Shown one piece after another: positions 30,581 through 47,847 of a DNA stretch of 64,000 nt. The stretch lies in NCBI RefSeq assembly GCF_009914755.1, contig NC_060926.1. One strand, given 5' to 3'. Numbering within the stretch: position 1 is the first letter of the stretch; every line of letters begins with the position of its first letter. The notes beneath the pieces were generated by a model. The model worked only from the letters and a program-made list of their open reading frames with translations, did not search any database and was not told the DNA's origin. Source of the DNA: the human T2T-CHM13v2.0 reference genome, Homo sapiens. The translations under genes and the position numbers were made by a program.

Positions 30581-31147
30581 TGTATTTCTTTCTGCCCTTT
30601 TGTTGCTATAATATTTATCACTTTCTTCATTATAAAATACATACCTTTCATTGCAGATGATTTCAGCCATTCTGAAAAGCATAAGGAAAAGAAAAACCAC
30701 CAGTGATCTCATAATACAGACATTTTGGAATATTTGAAAAGATCACACCACTGCACTTCAACCTGGGACAAAGAGCAAGACTCTGACTATAAAAACAAAA
30801 ACCAAAAAAAGGTGTGCACTATGCACATATGTACATTTTTAGAAAATTGTTTCTTACCCTATGTAGAATGTTATAGCCTGCTTTTAACATTTAATCTGCA
30901 CCATGAGCACCGTTCTGCATAATAAGATAATCTTTGGATATATCATTTTAATGACTATATAGTGTTTTATCCTATGAATGAACCACCTTTTTTTAACCTA
31001 TTGATTAACATTGCAATTGACTTATGTTTTGCTCTCAGATATAATGCTATAATGAACATTTTGCATATAATATTAGACAATTTTGATTATTTCCTCGGTA
31101 CAAATTCCTGGAAATAAAAAATACAGTGTCAAATTTAAGAAAAAACA

Positions 31148-31447
<300 letters not shown>

Positions 31448-32254
31448 GTTTAAGAAAGAACAATTATAAGGTCTCTTGATACATGCTAACAAACTAATTT
31501 CCAAATATATGTCCCAATTCATGTTCCCATTGGCATTGAGAACTTCATTACAATTTTTTTTTACTAAATATATAAGCAAAGATTTCTTCTTTTTAAATTT
31601 GCATTTCCTGAATGATAAAATAATATGTTTATTGGCAATTGTATTTTCTTCGTGAATTGTCCCTTCATTATTCATAGATAATTTTTCTATTAGAATGTTG
31701 GGTTTTTTCCCTTGATTTATATTAGTTGTTTTTATACTAAGTATATTGACTTTTTTAAAATTCTGCCATACTTTTTTGCAGATATTGATATACAAAGTTT
31801 TATAATTATTTTACAGATAATGGTATTTATCTTTTCTTTTGGAACCCTTGATTTTCTTCTCAAAACTCTTCTCTTTCAATGTCCATGACACTGTTTTATC
31901 CTGTTTTTCACTTCTCAGTCTATTTCCCTGTTAATGGTGTCTAGCTGACATTTTTTCCTTCTTCACATAGAGACATTTGTCAGTCCTTGGTCCTTTTCTG
32001 CCAATATCCTTATACTCAGAGACCTAATCTGTCTCAATGCCTCAGTGTTTTTAAATACTGAGTCTCTTAATCTAATTTTTTGAGTACTATATGTACATAA
32101 TATTAAATTCAAAACCACAAAATAATATACAGTGAAAAATAAGTCTCTTTTTTCTCCCTGACCCTGGGCCATCCAGTTTCTCTCCTAGGAGCTAACCACC
32201 ACTATTAGAAATAATCTTTTGTGGAACCATCTAAGAATAAGTTATGCATTTACA

Positions 32255-32706
32255 ACTATTCACAATAGCAAAGACATGGAATCAACCTAAATGCCCAGCA
32301 ATGGTAGACTGGATAAAGAAAATATAATACATACACACCGTGGAATACTATGTAGCCATAAAAAAGAACAAGATCCTCTCCTTTGCAGGAACATGGATGA
32401 AGCTGGAGCCCTTTATCCTTAGCAAACTAATGCAGGGACAGAAAACCAAATACCACATGTTTTCACTTAGAAGTGGGAGCTAAATGATGAGAACACATGG
32501 GCACATACAGGGGAACAACAGACACTGGGGCCTAGTGGAGGGTGGAGGGTGGGAGTAAGGAGAGGATCAGGATAATCAGGATAAATAACTAATTGCTATT
32601 AGACTTAATACCTTGGTGATGAAATAATCTGTACAAGAAACCCCCATGACAAAAGTTTACCTATATAACAAACCTGAGCATGAACCCCTGAACTTAAAAA
32701 AATAAA
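32255..32706 (+). mobile_element. L1PA (old, about PA13-16) 3' fragment
   Basis: cacaatagcaaagacatggaatcaacctaaatgccc...agtgggagctaaatgatgagaacacatgg...cccctgaacttaaaa. Confidence 0.9.
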
Positions 32707-32810
32707 TTTTTACAATACAAATTCTGAGCTACATTGAAATCTACCAACAAAAATGGAAAACGTTTATTGTTACCTTGTTAATCTTTAACTTAAATGAAAA
32801 TACTGATATT

Positions 32811-33113
32811 GGCCGGGTGCAGTGGCTCATGCCTGTAATCCCAGCCCTTCGGGAAGCTGAGGCAGGTGAATCATTTGAGGTCAGGAGTTCGAGACCATTC
32901 TGGCCAACATGATGAAACTCTGTCTCTACTAAAAATATAAAAATTAGCCAGGTAAGGTTGTGCAAGCCTGTAATCCCAACTACTCAGGAAGCTGAGGCAG
33001 GAGGATCACTTGAACCTGGGAGGCGGGGGTTGCAGTGAGCCAAGATCGCACCACTGAACTCCAGCCTGGATAACAGAGAGAGACTCTTGTCTCAGAAAAA
33101 AAAAAAAAAAAAA
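32811..33113 (+). mobile_element. AluS
   Basis: Alu dimer with poly(A). Confidence 0.95.
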
Positions 33114-33568
33114 ATTTAAGGTATTTAGTCAATCCCTTCTTTCAAAAGCTCTTAAGTTTAAAATGTGTTAAATTGTCAAGTTTGAAAATACGAATTGACC
33201 TACAAAGTAAAATGAAAATATTTGGATCCTCAATTAATGGCATCTGAAAAAGATAGGATATTATTTAACAGAATTAGAAGTATTTTAAAAGCAGGATACA
33301 TCTAGAAATAAATTATTGTAATGGCCATAGATAACATCCCCTGATTTTTATGGCAATCACATAAACAATTTGTTTTTCTCTCTTTCAATTCTGTGTCTAC
33401 ATATTTTACCCCTCCTGGCAATTTTAAAATAAAGACCAAATCTTCAAAAGAATATTCTATCCATTTACAAACATCTGAGTACATACATATGTATGTATAT
33501 GTGTATAATTTCCCCACACAAATATTACCATACTATGTACTATTCTACACATTACCTTTTTTTACTTA

Positions 33569-33888
<320 letters not shown>

Positions 33889-33949
33889 TTAAAAAAAAAG
33901 CAAACACAAAAATAAAATCAAAACACCCCAGAAAAACAATAGATTTTGG

Positions 33950-35520
<1,571 letters not shown>

Positions 35521-36218
35521 TTTACTATTATAGTTCTGTGCAATTCACTTTCAAATTTCTTTTAGATGTACCGCACACACATGTTCAGCTATTTTTTAGA
35601 TATTTTCATCTGAAAGTTCTGCTGTTATTTTAAACTCAGCAAATCCCATATTTGATTCATCATTCTCCACTAGCCAAAGTGCAATCTGTCTTCTTCAGTT
35701 TTGTATCTTGCCAGGGTCTGGTACAGGGCCACATGCCTGGCACATGGTATGTTGACATATGTCTTCTGAGTTGAAACACTTGCATGTGTGCCTTCCCTTT
35801 CTACTCCTCTCTTTTTCTCTTTCACATAGACATACACACACTGAGGGCCAGGTACATAATTTGTGGAACCTCACATAAATGAAAAGTGAGGAGACCCTTG
35901 CTGAAAAGCAAGGAAAAAGTGCCATTCAAGGTATTGAAATAAAAAGCTTTTTCCTTTTTCCTGTGGTCTCTCTTTCTACTTGTCATGGTATTTTAATTTG
36001 ATATTTAATGTCATCCCAGGTAAAGACAAATTAAAATGTTTAATGATTAGCATTTTGCCACTGACTTTTATGTGTGCAGTGCCAGTTTCAAACACAAATA
36101 GAACATTTAATGTATGCAGAATCACAAAAATTTTGCGATTTCAGTGTACATACATATGTACTTTGTTATTACCAGAACAGTGAAAACATTACACAAACCT
36201 AACTCAATTTTGATTTCA

Positions 36219-36508
36219 CTTTTTTTTTTTTTTTAAGACAGAGTCTCACTCTGTCACTTAGGCTGGAGTGCAGTGGCACCATCGTTTCTTACTGCCACTT
36301 CCGCCTCCCGGCTTCTGGGTTCAAGCAATTCTCGTGTCTCAGCCTCCTGAGTAGCTGGAATTACAGGTGCACGCCACCATGCGCAGCTAATTTTTGTACT
36401 GGGGTTTCACCATGTTGGCCAAGCTGGTCTTAGCTCCTGACCTCAAGTGATCCACCTGCCTCAGCCTCTCAAAGTGCTGAGATTACAGGTGTGAGCCACC
36501 GCACCTGG
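36219..36508 (-). mobile_element. AluS
   Basis: Reverse Alu; TSD ATTTCACTT. Confidence 0.92.
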
Positions 36509-36874
36509 ACTATTTCACTTCTTAATACACATACATCCTGCCTGCACTGTGTGCCTTTGACTTGCTGATTAGTTAGGAAGGATTGAAAAGAAAAAGAACT
36601 ACGGGTTACCTGTTTTCCCTTTTTCTTTTGTTTGTAAGTAGCTTCTATAATCTCCTTTTCTTTTATGTTCATATTTTCAGCTTAAGTGGGTGACTAGTAA
36701 GAAAATTAACATGAATAGGAAATGATATAACAGCGTTCCTTGGTCATTCATGTTTCTTAGAATGCCATTGTCTTTTTTCTGTGTTTGAAGTAAGTTCTGG
36801 TTCAAAGGGAAGGTTTGGCCTCTTAGAGCTGTCAGCCCCTCCTCTTACTCAAGCATAGACATAATATGCTTGAC

Positions 36875-37229
<355 letters not shown>

Positions 37230-37757
37230 TAGGTCCACCAGAATTCTGTGCTCATGGGCCATATGAATGCTAAGGGCACATAGGGCAGCAAAGAACAGCA
37301 GGCACATATTTGTACATATCTCGTCTGCCCATTCACATGCTCCATTGTCTCATTGAGCTTCACTTACAAAACATAAGTTAAAGGATAAAATTATTAAGAA
37401 TTTCAAGACAGGGACAGCAGAGCATTAAACCACACATGGCTCCCTTCTGGGAGCAGGGTGCAGTTGGACTGAACAGGTCTTATGCCTATGAAGCCAGCCC
37501 TACACACACCCAGCTTCGCTTTCTTCCTACTTCATCACGGTTTCCAGTAGCAAGGGGTCATGCTAACTTAGAATTTTGAAGTTAGTTTTGGCTTTTTCTT
37601 CTTTTCCTTGCTGTTCCACCTTCTTCTCTCACTTCTATTTACTAAATCCTATGGCTTAAATCTATCTCTAGCATCTGCCTTTTCTTTCTATTCCCACTGT
37701 TATCATCCAAATTTGAATAATCTTATTTCTCTGTAGTATTTAGTAAAAGTAACCACT

Positions 37758-38475
<718 letters not shown>

Positions 38476-39819
38476 TAGTTTTTATCTGCTTCCATCAGTA
38501 TACTTTCTCTAGATTAATTATCTTAAACTTATAACTCAAAGTATTACCCCATTTAAAAACATTGGTGATTGAATTGAATGTTTGCTTCTCAGCCTGGCAT
38601 TCAAAGACCTCCACATAAGTGGCTTTTACCTACTTTTCTGTCTTTTGTGCCTCAAGAAAATTGCATTGCTCATGCTTTCAGGAACAGGTCTCCTCTTTCC
38701 TGCCTCTGTGTTTTTGGAACTCTTCTCCTTCCATCTCTGCCTATTGAAATCCTCCTTCCTTTTATTCAAGGTCTGTTTCTAAATGTCTTTTCTTCCTTGA
38801 AGCTTTATCAAACTGTGTTATCTCTGTTCATTTTTGGTGACAGGGAGGAATCTCCTTGGTATTTCATTTCCAATCCCATATAGAATTTAAATAAAATTCA
38901 GGGCAGAGTAAGATTTTGGTATTTTTCTTATCTTTCCTATTACAATATTTATTTCATATGGATAGTAGCTGGGTCCAAACTTGGATTTTGGGAACTACGT
39001 GCCTTATTGTGGAGTCTAATAACTGTGTGAACTCACTGTGAAGTCTGTTTTTATGTATCTGTTTAAATAATTGTTATCTAGAGAGAGAAAGTCAAAGATG
39101 TTCTAGTTTAACTCTTTGCTTATCGGTCTGTTTTTCCCCAAGGATGATGAGTTCTTTGAGGGCAGAAATAGTCAATTCAGTTTTCTGTAATCACCAAAAA
39201 AAATTTCATATTGATTCAATAATATTATCTAATATTCATTCCAAGTACCAAAAATATCTTTCAATTTTTTTAGGTCCAAGATCCAATTAAGGTTCATCCA
39301 TTTCATTTTGGTGTCATATATTTTTCTCCTATAATCTAGAACAGGCTTTACCTTGTTTCTTTTTTTTGTTCAAAGTCTAGGTCCAATTATATGACAGAAT
39401 GTCCTATAATTTGAATTTGTCAGATTATTTCCTCATGATTGGATTTAGTTTAAAGATTTCAGGCAAAAATATTACATAGGTCATGTCATGTCCTTCCCAT
39501 TATATTACAAATGGAGGCACATAATTCCAGTTTATTCCATTATTGATGACTTTGCTTTTGACCATTTCATTAAAGTGGTGTCCTCCAGCTCTTACTACTG
39601 ACAGGTATATTTTCTCTTTGTAGTAAGTAGATTAATTTGTGGGTCATACTTCAGGACCAGTGAATATCCTCTTTTCCAATCTCTTTTTATTTGATGGGTT
39701 TAATGTCCAATTAATGATCATTTTCTGAATTATTATTGTTACACTGAGGGTAGTCAAATGGCAGTGTTTCACATTTGGAAAACAAAAATGTATGACAAAA
39801 ATCTAAATATTTCTTTTAG

Positions 39820-40067
39820 AGGCTCCAGTAACAAAAAAAAGTATTGATCTTGCTAAAAAGAACGAGAAATTGGCACCCAAGGTTTAAACCCAGGTCTGAG
39901 AACTGGGTAGAAAGGCAAATAAAAAGCTATAGAATAAGTAACATACCAAAAAGGAGTCTTTTCTTCTAAGAGTTGTCTGTGCATGCAGGCAAGAATAGGA
40001 GCCATTTCCTGCTAAACTAAAGCTGTGCACAGAACAGCTCCAAGTAACTCGGATGAATAAAAAAGGA
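39820..40067 (+). pseudogene. Candidate exon D, coiled-coil-like (SIDLAKKNEKLA...AKLKLCTEQLQVTRMNKKG), 5 stops
   Basis: Acceptor atatttcttttag, donor GGA|gtaaga. Confidence 0.35.
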
Positions 40068-40082
40068 GTAAGACTGTGGAAT

Positions 40083-40302
40083 GGGAGTTAGCAAACTATG
40101 GTCCATGGAACAAGTCTGACCCAGGGCCTGCTTTTGTAAATAAAGTTTTAATTGGAATAAAGCCACGTTCATTTGTTTACTTTGTCTATGGCTACTTTTG
40201 TGCTAAAACACTGTATTTGAGCTTGCAACAGAGACTTAGTGGCCTGCAAGGCCTAAAATATTCACTGTCTGGTCCTTTACAGAAAAAGTTTGCCAGCCCC
40301 TG
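40083..40302. mobile_element. MER58A (hAT-Charlie)
   Basis: gcaaactatggtcc...cttttgtaaataaagtttta...ctggtcctttacagaaaaagtttgccagcccctg. Confidence 0.85.
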
Positions 40303-40439
40303 GTATAGAATGTCTCCAAATGTGCGTTTGGTAAAATGTGATTTTTATTCCAGCCTTGTAGGGTGGGGCTCCAAGCAAGTGAAGAATGACACATTCAAAT
40401 AAGAAGATGCGGCCCTTTAGATGAGAAGCAATAAAGCCT

Positions 40440-40680
40440 ATTGCTTAGCATTAGCTCTGGAGCTAGCCTGCCTGAGTTCAAATCCTGGCTCTATCATTTA
40501 TTAGCTGTGTGACCTTAGGCAAGATTTTAAACTTCTTTGTATCTCATGTTCTTGTCTGTATAATGAGGATAATCATCATACATATCTGATAGGATTGTTG
40601 TGGATATTAAGTTAATTGCATATAAAGTTCTTGGACTAGTGTCTGGTACATAGTAAGGTTCTTTAACAGCTATTACTATG
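40440..40680 (+). mobile_element. MIR
   Basis: gagttcaaatcctggctctatcatttattagctgtgtgaccttaggcaag core. Confidence 0.88.
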
Positions 40681-41506
40681 TAAAGCAACTCTGACATAAT
40701 TTTTTATTTCCTAAAATACTTAATAAAATGCAGAAATATTAACTGAATACATGTTCTTATAATCAAGATAAAGTGGAACTTGTCTGATAATGGCCCAGGT
40801 GCAAGAGGAAACTGTGATACATTTTGAAGGTCACAGGCAGAGGCCTGTCTGGTTTTGTATAGGTAAAAGGACAACCATAAAATATAATCTCTGAAACAAA
40901 AGGAAAATGACAGATTCCATAACTGGGTATTTTTTTACATTGCAAAAGTAATGTGCAATTCTAATATTTAGTAATTATTTTAATTCTTTTTAAAAGATTA
41001 TCATTTGATAATTTAAATAGTAACTAATATATTTGGTTGAAATCACTTGATGAGTTTATATTTTTGTTTATGAAACTATACATCTTTGAAATTTAAATAT
41101 AACTATGAAAATTTAAAATTTATTTATCATTTGTAGACATTACTGGCTTTAATATATTTTTAAAAACATGATTTAGTATAATAGAAGTTGATCCTCTGTT
41201 GCTTTTAGCTTTATTCGTTCCTTCAACGAAAACTGATTAAGTACCCAAAATGTGCTATACTCTGCACATTACAGGGTTCTGTTAGCTGATATATTTATGT
41301 GTGTGTGTATTTGCATTTGGGTTTATATGAATATAAAATGTTTTCTACAGAGCTAAAAGGACTTTACATACATATTGCATCAGTTAATTTCAAAACCATG
41401 TTCTAATGTGCAGAGAGAAGACATAGCTTTTACTTGCACTTACAAATAAAAGAAATAAAAAACAGTACCTTGTTTTTCTTTTTAGTTCTCAAATCATGCT
41501 CACATC

Positions 41507-41786
41507 TTTTTTATTTATTTAATTTTAGAGACAGGGTCTCGCTCTGTCACCTAGGCTGGCATACAATGGCATGATCATAGCTCACGGCAACCTCAAACTC
41601 CCGGGTTCAAGGGATCCACATGCCTCAGCCTCCAACCACCATGCCTGGCTAATTTTTAAATTTTTTTGTAGAGACAGGGTCTCGCTATGTTCCCCAGGCT
41701 GGTCTCAAACTTCTGGCCTCAAGTGATTCTCCCTCTTCAGCCTCCCAAAGTGTTGGAATTACAGGTGTGAGCCACTGTGCCTGGCC
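41507..41786 (-). mobile_element. AluJ
   Basis: Reverse Alu, gagacagggtctcgct J-type. Confidence 0.9.
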
Positions 41787-42249
41787 CCAACATCTATTAA
41801 TGCATGTAACCAGTTCTCTGAGACAAAGTAGGTATAATTCCATCTAATAGATTAAAAAAAAAAAAAAGCCAAGGCTCTGAAGATTAAGAGATTTACTGAA
41901 GGCTGTGAAACCACTCAATGAGCCCTGGAGGCCAGAGTTAGGTCCCCACCATTTTCCATTTTCTAAATTAAGTCTATGTAGAAAAACCTTTCAAAACTTG
42001 CTTCTCTTTTAGAAACTTATCATGTTATAGGATCTATTCCTTCCAAGGTCCATCATGCTAGTCTACACATGAATCAATTTTAGAGTCAAGAATAAATTCA
42101 GATCTGCTTACTCTCAAACCACTGTACTTTCCACATGTTACAAAACAAAAGGATCCTTTTATGCCATTTCTGACTCTGTACAGCTAACATTGTTGCAGTG
42201 TAGACTATAAATACAACTAACCTTATTAGTTTCTAAACATTTTTAATGA

Positions 42250-42540
42250 GGCCAGGTGCAATGGCTCACACCTATAATCCCAACATTTTGAGGGGCTGAG
42301 GTGGGAGAATCATTTGAACCCAGGAGTTCAAGAACAGCCTGGGCAACATAGTGAGACTCTGCTGCTACAAAAATTAAAATAATTAGCTGGGTGTGGTGGG
42401 ATACACCTGTGGTCCCAGCTACTTGGGAGGCTGAGGAGGGAGCATCACTTGAGTCTGGGATGCTGCAGTGAGCTATGATTGCACCACTGTACTCAAGCCT
42501 GGGTAACAGACCAAGACCTTGTCTCAATAAATAAATAAAC
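42250..42540 (+). mobile_element. AluJ
   Basis: Alu dimer with (TAAA)n tail. Confidence 0.9.
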
Positions 42541-42625
42541 ATAAAGGTGTTTAATTACATAAAAATTCATATATACTCAGAAAAAACTCATATGTCAGGG
42601 AAACTTATATTGAAAGAGTTGGCTA

Positions 42626-42932
<307 letters not shown>

Positions 42933-43673
42933 AACAGTTAGAACTGAGGGATAAAGAGCGTCTTCATGCACATGATAGAGTGGAGCTGCCACCTACTTAA
43001 TATTTTCCTATTCATCATTTTCCTACGGAATATGAATTTGGAGTCTACTGTCTTCCTGGAAACTCTTCAGTGAAGCCTGAAATATAAAAATTCTGGACAT
43101 ACTAAATGCAGTTAGTATATTTCCCGGGCAGCTGGACATTTAGGTTGGTGTGTGTGACTAGAAAGGAGATAGTTGTTTCCCCATTTGATGTTTTCTTAAC
43201 CCCCTTATCACTGCCTACAAATGCTGGCTCCACTGGAAATTAAGTTTCTGAGGTATGCTGGAGTAAGCCATTTATTACTGAATATTTTCTGGAAAATGAC
43301 TCATAGACAAGTAGAATAAAACCCTTGAGGGCAAGAACTTCCCTTTTGCTTGTTGCTCTTTGATGTACCTACTTTATTTAAAACAACTGGCGTCCCAGTA
43401 ACACAATGGAATTCGATGTATGATATAATCCATCCAAGACCTAGGAACTTCTTGAATTAGCTGAAGAGTTGGTCCACCTACTCCCCACATTTGGAGACAC
43501 AAAGGGAAATGCCAACTCTTCAGCAGACCTAAAATTTTCTGGTTGGATTATAGCCTAGTTCTCCCAACCTGTGCAATAGTAGCAATGAAGCTCAGAAAAA
43601 CAATCTGAAGTAAGCAATTAAGAAATTTCTGTATTTCTATGTGTGTGTGTGCACAAAAGGGAGGTGTGGAGCA

Positions 43674-44577
43674 CAGTTGACCCATGGACAACGTCGGGGT
43701 TAGGGCCACTTTCTCCCCAAACACTTAACTACTAATAGCCTACTGCTGACTAAAAGCCTTAATGATAACGTAAACAGTCAATTACTCATGTTTTGTATGT
43801 TAGCTGTATTATATACTGTATTATTACAATAAAGTAACCTAGAGTAAAGAAAATGTTATTGATAAAATCATAAGGAAAAGAAAATATCTTTACAGTACTG
43901 TACTATATTTCTTGATACCGTAAGCTTGCATCATCTGTTTACAAGATAAATCATCTCTCTAACATGGTAGGCAACCACAGCTGTAGACCTCAATCTACAG
44001 AATATATCAAGCTATTCAACTTTTTCTTGTAATGTTATGACTTCTCTGCTTCTTGGGCGCAGTTTCAGCGCCAAGTGCCTAGTGGCATTTCCTGTGGGTC
44101 GCATGGTGTTATTCGAGGTTTACAGTATTGCACTACATGTGATGAAAAATACTTGAGAACCAGGAGAGATCACTTTTACTACAATAACCAATTTACTAGA
44201 GAGATGAACTGCTTATGCAGAGATAATTAGCCTCATACAGTGCTATAAGTGGATACTTGCATCACTTGAACTTGCTGCAGTAGCAACAGGAGGTAGCTAT
44301 AAAATAATTACAGTTGTGCAGTATGTACTACAGTTACTTTTATGCAGTTATAATTTAATAGCATCTTTTTGGTTGCTTACATTTCTCTTGGCCCCTCATG
44401 GCACCATGCATGGTCTGTAAATATTTGTGTAGGTTTTGATAAATTTTAACTTTTTATAATAGATTTGTGTATATTTTGTGGTAGTAAATGATAAAATAAT
44501 AGACTAATATCTACCTATATTTTATGCATCATGACATATCTAAGTTTTTCTTATTTTTTTTCCATATTTCTAGGCTA
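43674..44577. mobile_element. Tigger2-derived element (Tigger2b-like)
   Basis: TIR-like cagttgaccc, then cttaactactaatagcctactgctgac and tacaataaagtaacctagagtaaagaaaatgttatt. Confidence 0.85.
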
Positions 44578-44856
44578 TCTTGGAGCAGGAAGTTCCCTGA
44601 AGTCAAGAGCAAGCACCACTGCAAGACATAATGCAAGCCTAGCGGCACACAGGAGGGATCATCAGCCCTGGGGAGAGGATTTGGGTGGAGTTCCATTGTA
44701 TGCACTACGAGGCCGTACATGATGTGACCCCCTCATATCTCTGACCTCATCCTCTCTACAGCTGCACTGGCCTCCTTACTAGTTCCTGAAACTGCTAGGC
44801 ATGCTCCCACCTCAGAGCCTTTGTTCTTCCTGTTTCCTCTATCTGGAACACTTGTC

Positions 44857-44971
44857 AGGTGACCAACTGTCCTGGTTTGCTTGGGCCAAGACTGCCCTGG
44901 TTTCAGCACTGAAAGTCTTGCAACCAAGGAAACCCCTTAGTCCCCAACAAGCCAGGATGGTTGGCCACCTA
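44857..44971 (+). mobile_element. MER81 (hAT-Blackjack MITE) inside an L2 fragment spanning about 44720-45530
   Basis: ggtgaccaactgtcctggtttgc...gcactgaaagtc...gccaggatggttggccacct, palindromic termini. Confidence 0.82.
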
Positions 44972-45002
44972 CACCTCTTCCAGATACCCACATTTGGCAT
45001 AG

Positions 45003-45506
<504 letters not shown>

Positions 45507-45620
45507 TAGTATGTGTTGAATGGATAAAATAAATGAGTATATCTAATATTTTATAGAAAATACATACTTCCTGTTCTCAAGTATATGTTGTCCTTTAATA
45601 ATTAGTTAAATATATTCCAG

Positions 45621-45699
45621 ATCATAATCATTTATCATTGTTAATTATTTGGCAATTATGCTGGCAAAAGGTCAAATTGATCACAGAACCATTTCTTCA
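45621..45699 (+). pseudogene. Candidate exon G (HNHLSLLIIWQLCWQKVKLITEPFL)
   Basis: Acceptor tatattccag, donor TCA|gtaaga, 79 nt phase 1-2, open; joins exon H in frame as ...EPFLQALEV... Confidence 0.3.
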
Positions 45700-46298
45700 G
45701 TAAGAGAGTGAAGAAAGACTTTAAAATTAAATCATTCTACTTGGTGGCTGATGGTAATGATGTGCTATTTTTAAATTATGTGAAATAATGTAACAGATTA
45801 CTTATTTAGAATTTGCAACTTGAAAAAAATAGGCTAGAAAAAATGGGGCAATCTAACTGACTGACAGCATTGTGAACTTAATACACGGTAGTGGCCATAT
45901 CTTAAACACATCTTTATAAGCAAATGTTTAAATGGCAACACAGGACAGCTCTGAGAATGAAATTCCAACAGCTATGAAGTCAAAGCATTAGATTTTGCTT
46001 TATCTTCAGTGATCCATATTTTCTTGAATAGAAGGGCAGAGAAAGAGAAACAAGTATCATTTGGAGAGATAGATATTTATTTGCACTTGAAAGAAAAGTT
46101 TTTAGAAAATAAAATGGATACTCAAACACACATTTTCATTTCCATAGAATGTAGTAGATGCTTTGACTCCTATTTCTAAGAACTTAGCTCAAACTATAGT
46201 TCGCTGTGCTCCACAAACAGGAAAGTATGATAATAAATATGAAGTGGTCTCTCACAGTATCTGAAATGAACTTTTTTGCTTTGGGTTTTAGTAGATAA

Positions 46299-46594
46299 TT
46301 TTTTTTTTTTTTTTTGAGATGGAGTCTCACTCTGTCGTACAGGCTGGAGTACAGTGGCACAATCTTGGCTCACTACAACCTCCGCCTCCCGGGTTCAGTT
46401 GATTCTCCTGCCTTAGCCTCCTGAGTAACTGGGATTACAGGTGCCCACCAACACACCCAGCTAATTTTTGTATTTTTAGTAGAGACAGAGTTTCACCAAG
46501 TTGGCCAGGATGGTCTCGATCTCTTGATCTCGTGATTCGCCCGCCTTAGCCTCCCAAAGTGCTGGGATTACAGGCGTGAGCCACCACGCCCAGC
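46299..46594 (-). mobile_element. AluSc-like
   Basis: Reverse Alu; approximate TSD TTAG(T/C)AGA(T/G)AATT. Confidence 0.94.
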
Positions 46595-46750
46595 TTAGCA
46601 GAGAATTAATATACCTTCAAACCCCTTTATCAGCCAACCCATAGTATGGACAAACAATTATTGTCCAGCCATGGAGAATTTTTAAAACAAAGAATGAGGA
46701 AAATTTTTCTTTAATTTTATTTCTGAAATATTTTATCCCAAGAAAATGTA

Positions 46751-47030
46751 GGCCAGACGTGGTGGCACACACCTATAATCCCAGCACTTTGGGAGGCTGA
46801 GGCAGCAGATCACTTAAGCCAAGGAGTTCAAGACCAGCTTGGGCAACATGGCAAAACCTTGTATCGAGAAAAAATAGAAAAATTAGCCAGGCATGGTGGC
46901 ACCTGCCTGTAGTCCTAGGTACTCGGGAGGCTGAGGTGGGAGGATCATTTGAGCCCAGAAGTTTGAGGCTGCAGTGAGCCATGATCATATCATTGCACTC
47001 CAACCTGGGTGACAGACCTATACCCTGTTG
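46751..47030 (+). mobile_element. AluJ
   Basis: Alu dimer whose tail became the following microsatellite. Confidence 0.9.
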
Positions 47031-47130
47031 AAAGAAAGAAAGGAAAGAAAGAAAGGAAGAAAAAGAAAGAAGGGAGGAAGGAAGGAAGGAAGGAAGGAAG
47101 GAAGGAAGGAAGGAAGGAAGGAAGGAAGGA
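47030..47130 (+). repeat. (GAAA)n/(GGAA)n polypurine microsatellite
   Basis: About 13-14 consecutive GGAA units at about 47076-47131 after a GAAA-rich stretch. Confidence 0.95.
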
Positions 47131-47402
47131 AAATATAATAAATGAAATCCAATTAAACACATTGCATTATGACAGAAGTTAGTATTAGTTTCCCATGATT
47201 TATACATAGATTCACACACAATATGGTTGAGTTAAAATAGGTCACATATCTTTGTTCTGTGTATAAAACAATAGAAGAAGCTAATTCATCTAAATACTTT
47301 ATCTGAAAAAGCCTATAGTTGTAACACATATAGTAATTCTACTAAAGACTAAAGTATTTTACTTTATGCTTAATTAGTTAGTTTGCATTCTCTTTAAAGT
47401 TA

Positions 47403-47766
47403 TGATACGGTTTGGCTGTGTCCCCACCCAAATCTCATCTTGAATTGTAACTCCCACAATCCCCGTGTGTCATGGGAGGAACCCATGGGAGGTGGCTGAA
47501 TTATGGAAATGGATCTTCCTGTGCTATTCTCGTGGTAGTGAATGAGTTTCCTGAGATCTGATGGTTTTAAACACAGGAGTTTCCCTGCACAACCTCTCTT
47601 TTTGCCTGCTGCCATCCATGTAAGATGTGACTTGCTTCTTGCTTTCCACCATGATTGTGAGGCCTCCTCAGCCATGAGGAACTATAAATCCATTAAACCA
47701 CTCTGTTTTGTAAACTGCCTAGTGTTGGGTATGTCTTTATCAGCAGCATGAAAACGGACTAATACA
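47403..47766 (+). mobile_element. THE1 solo LTR
   Basis: tgatacggtttggctgtgtccccacccaaatctcatc...aaaacggactaataca; TSD AGTTA on both sides. Confidence 0.95.
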
Positions 47767-47847
47767 AGTTATAAATTAAACTCCAACATGGAGTCAAAGA
47801 AAATATGAAGATTTTTTAAAAAATTAAATGAAGCTGGTTAAACCCAC

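Noticed and set aside
44574-44722. GC-richer open stretch after a tttctag acceptor
   Set aside because: The acceptor derives from the Tigger2 end, there is no good donor, and it runs into an L2; insufficient support.
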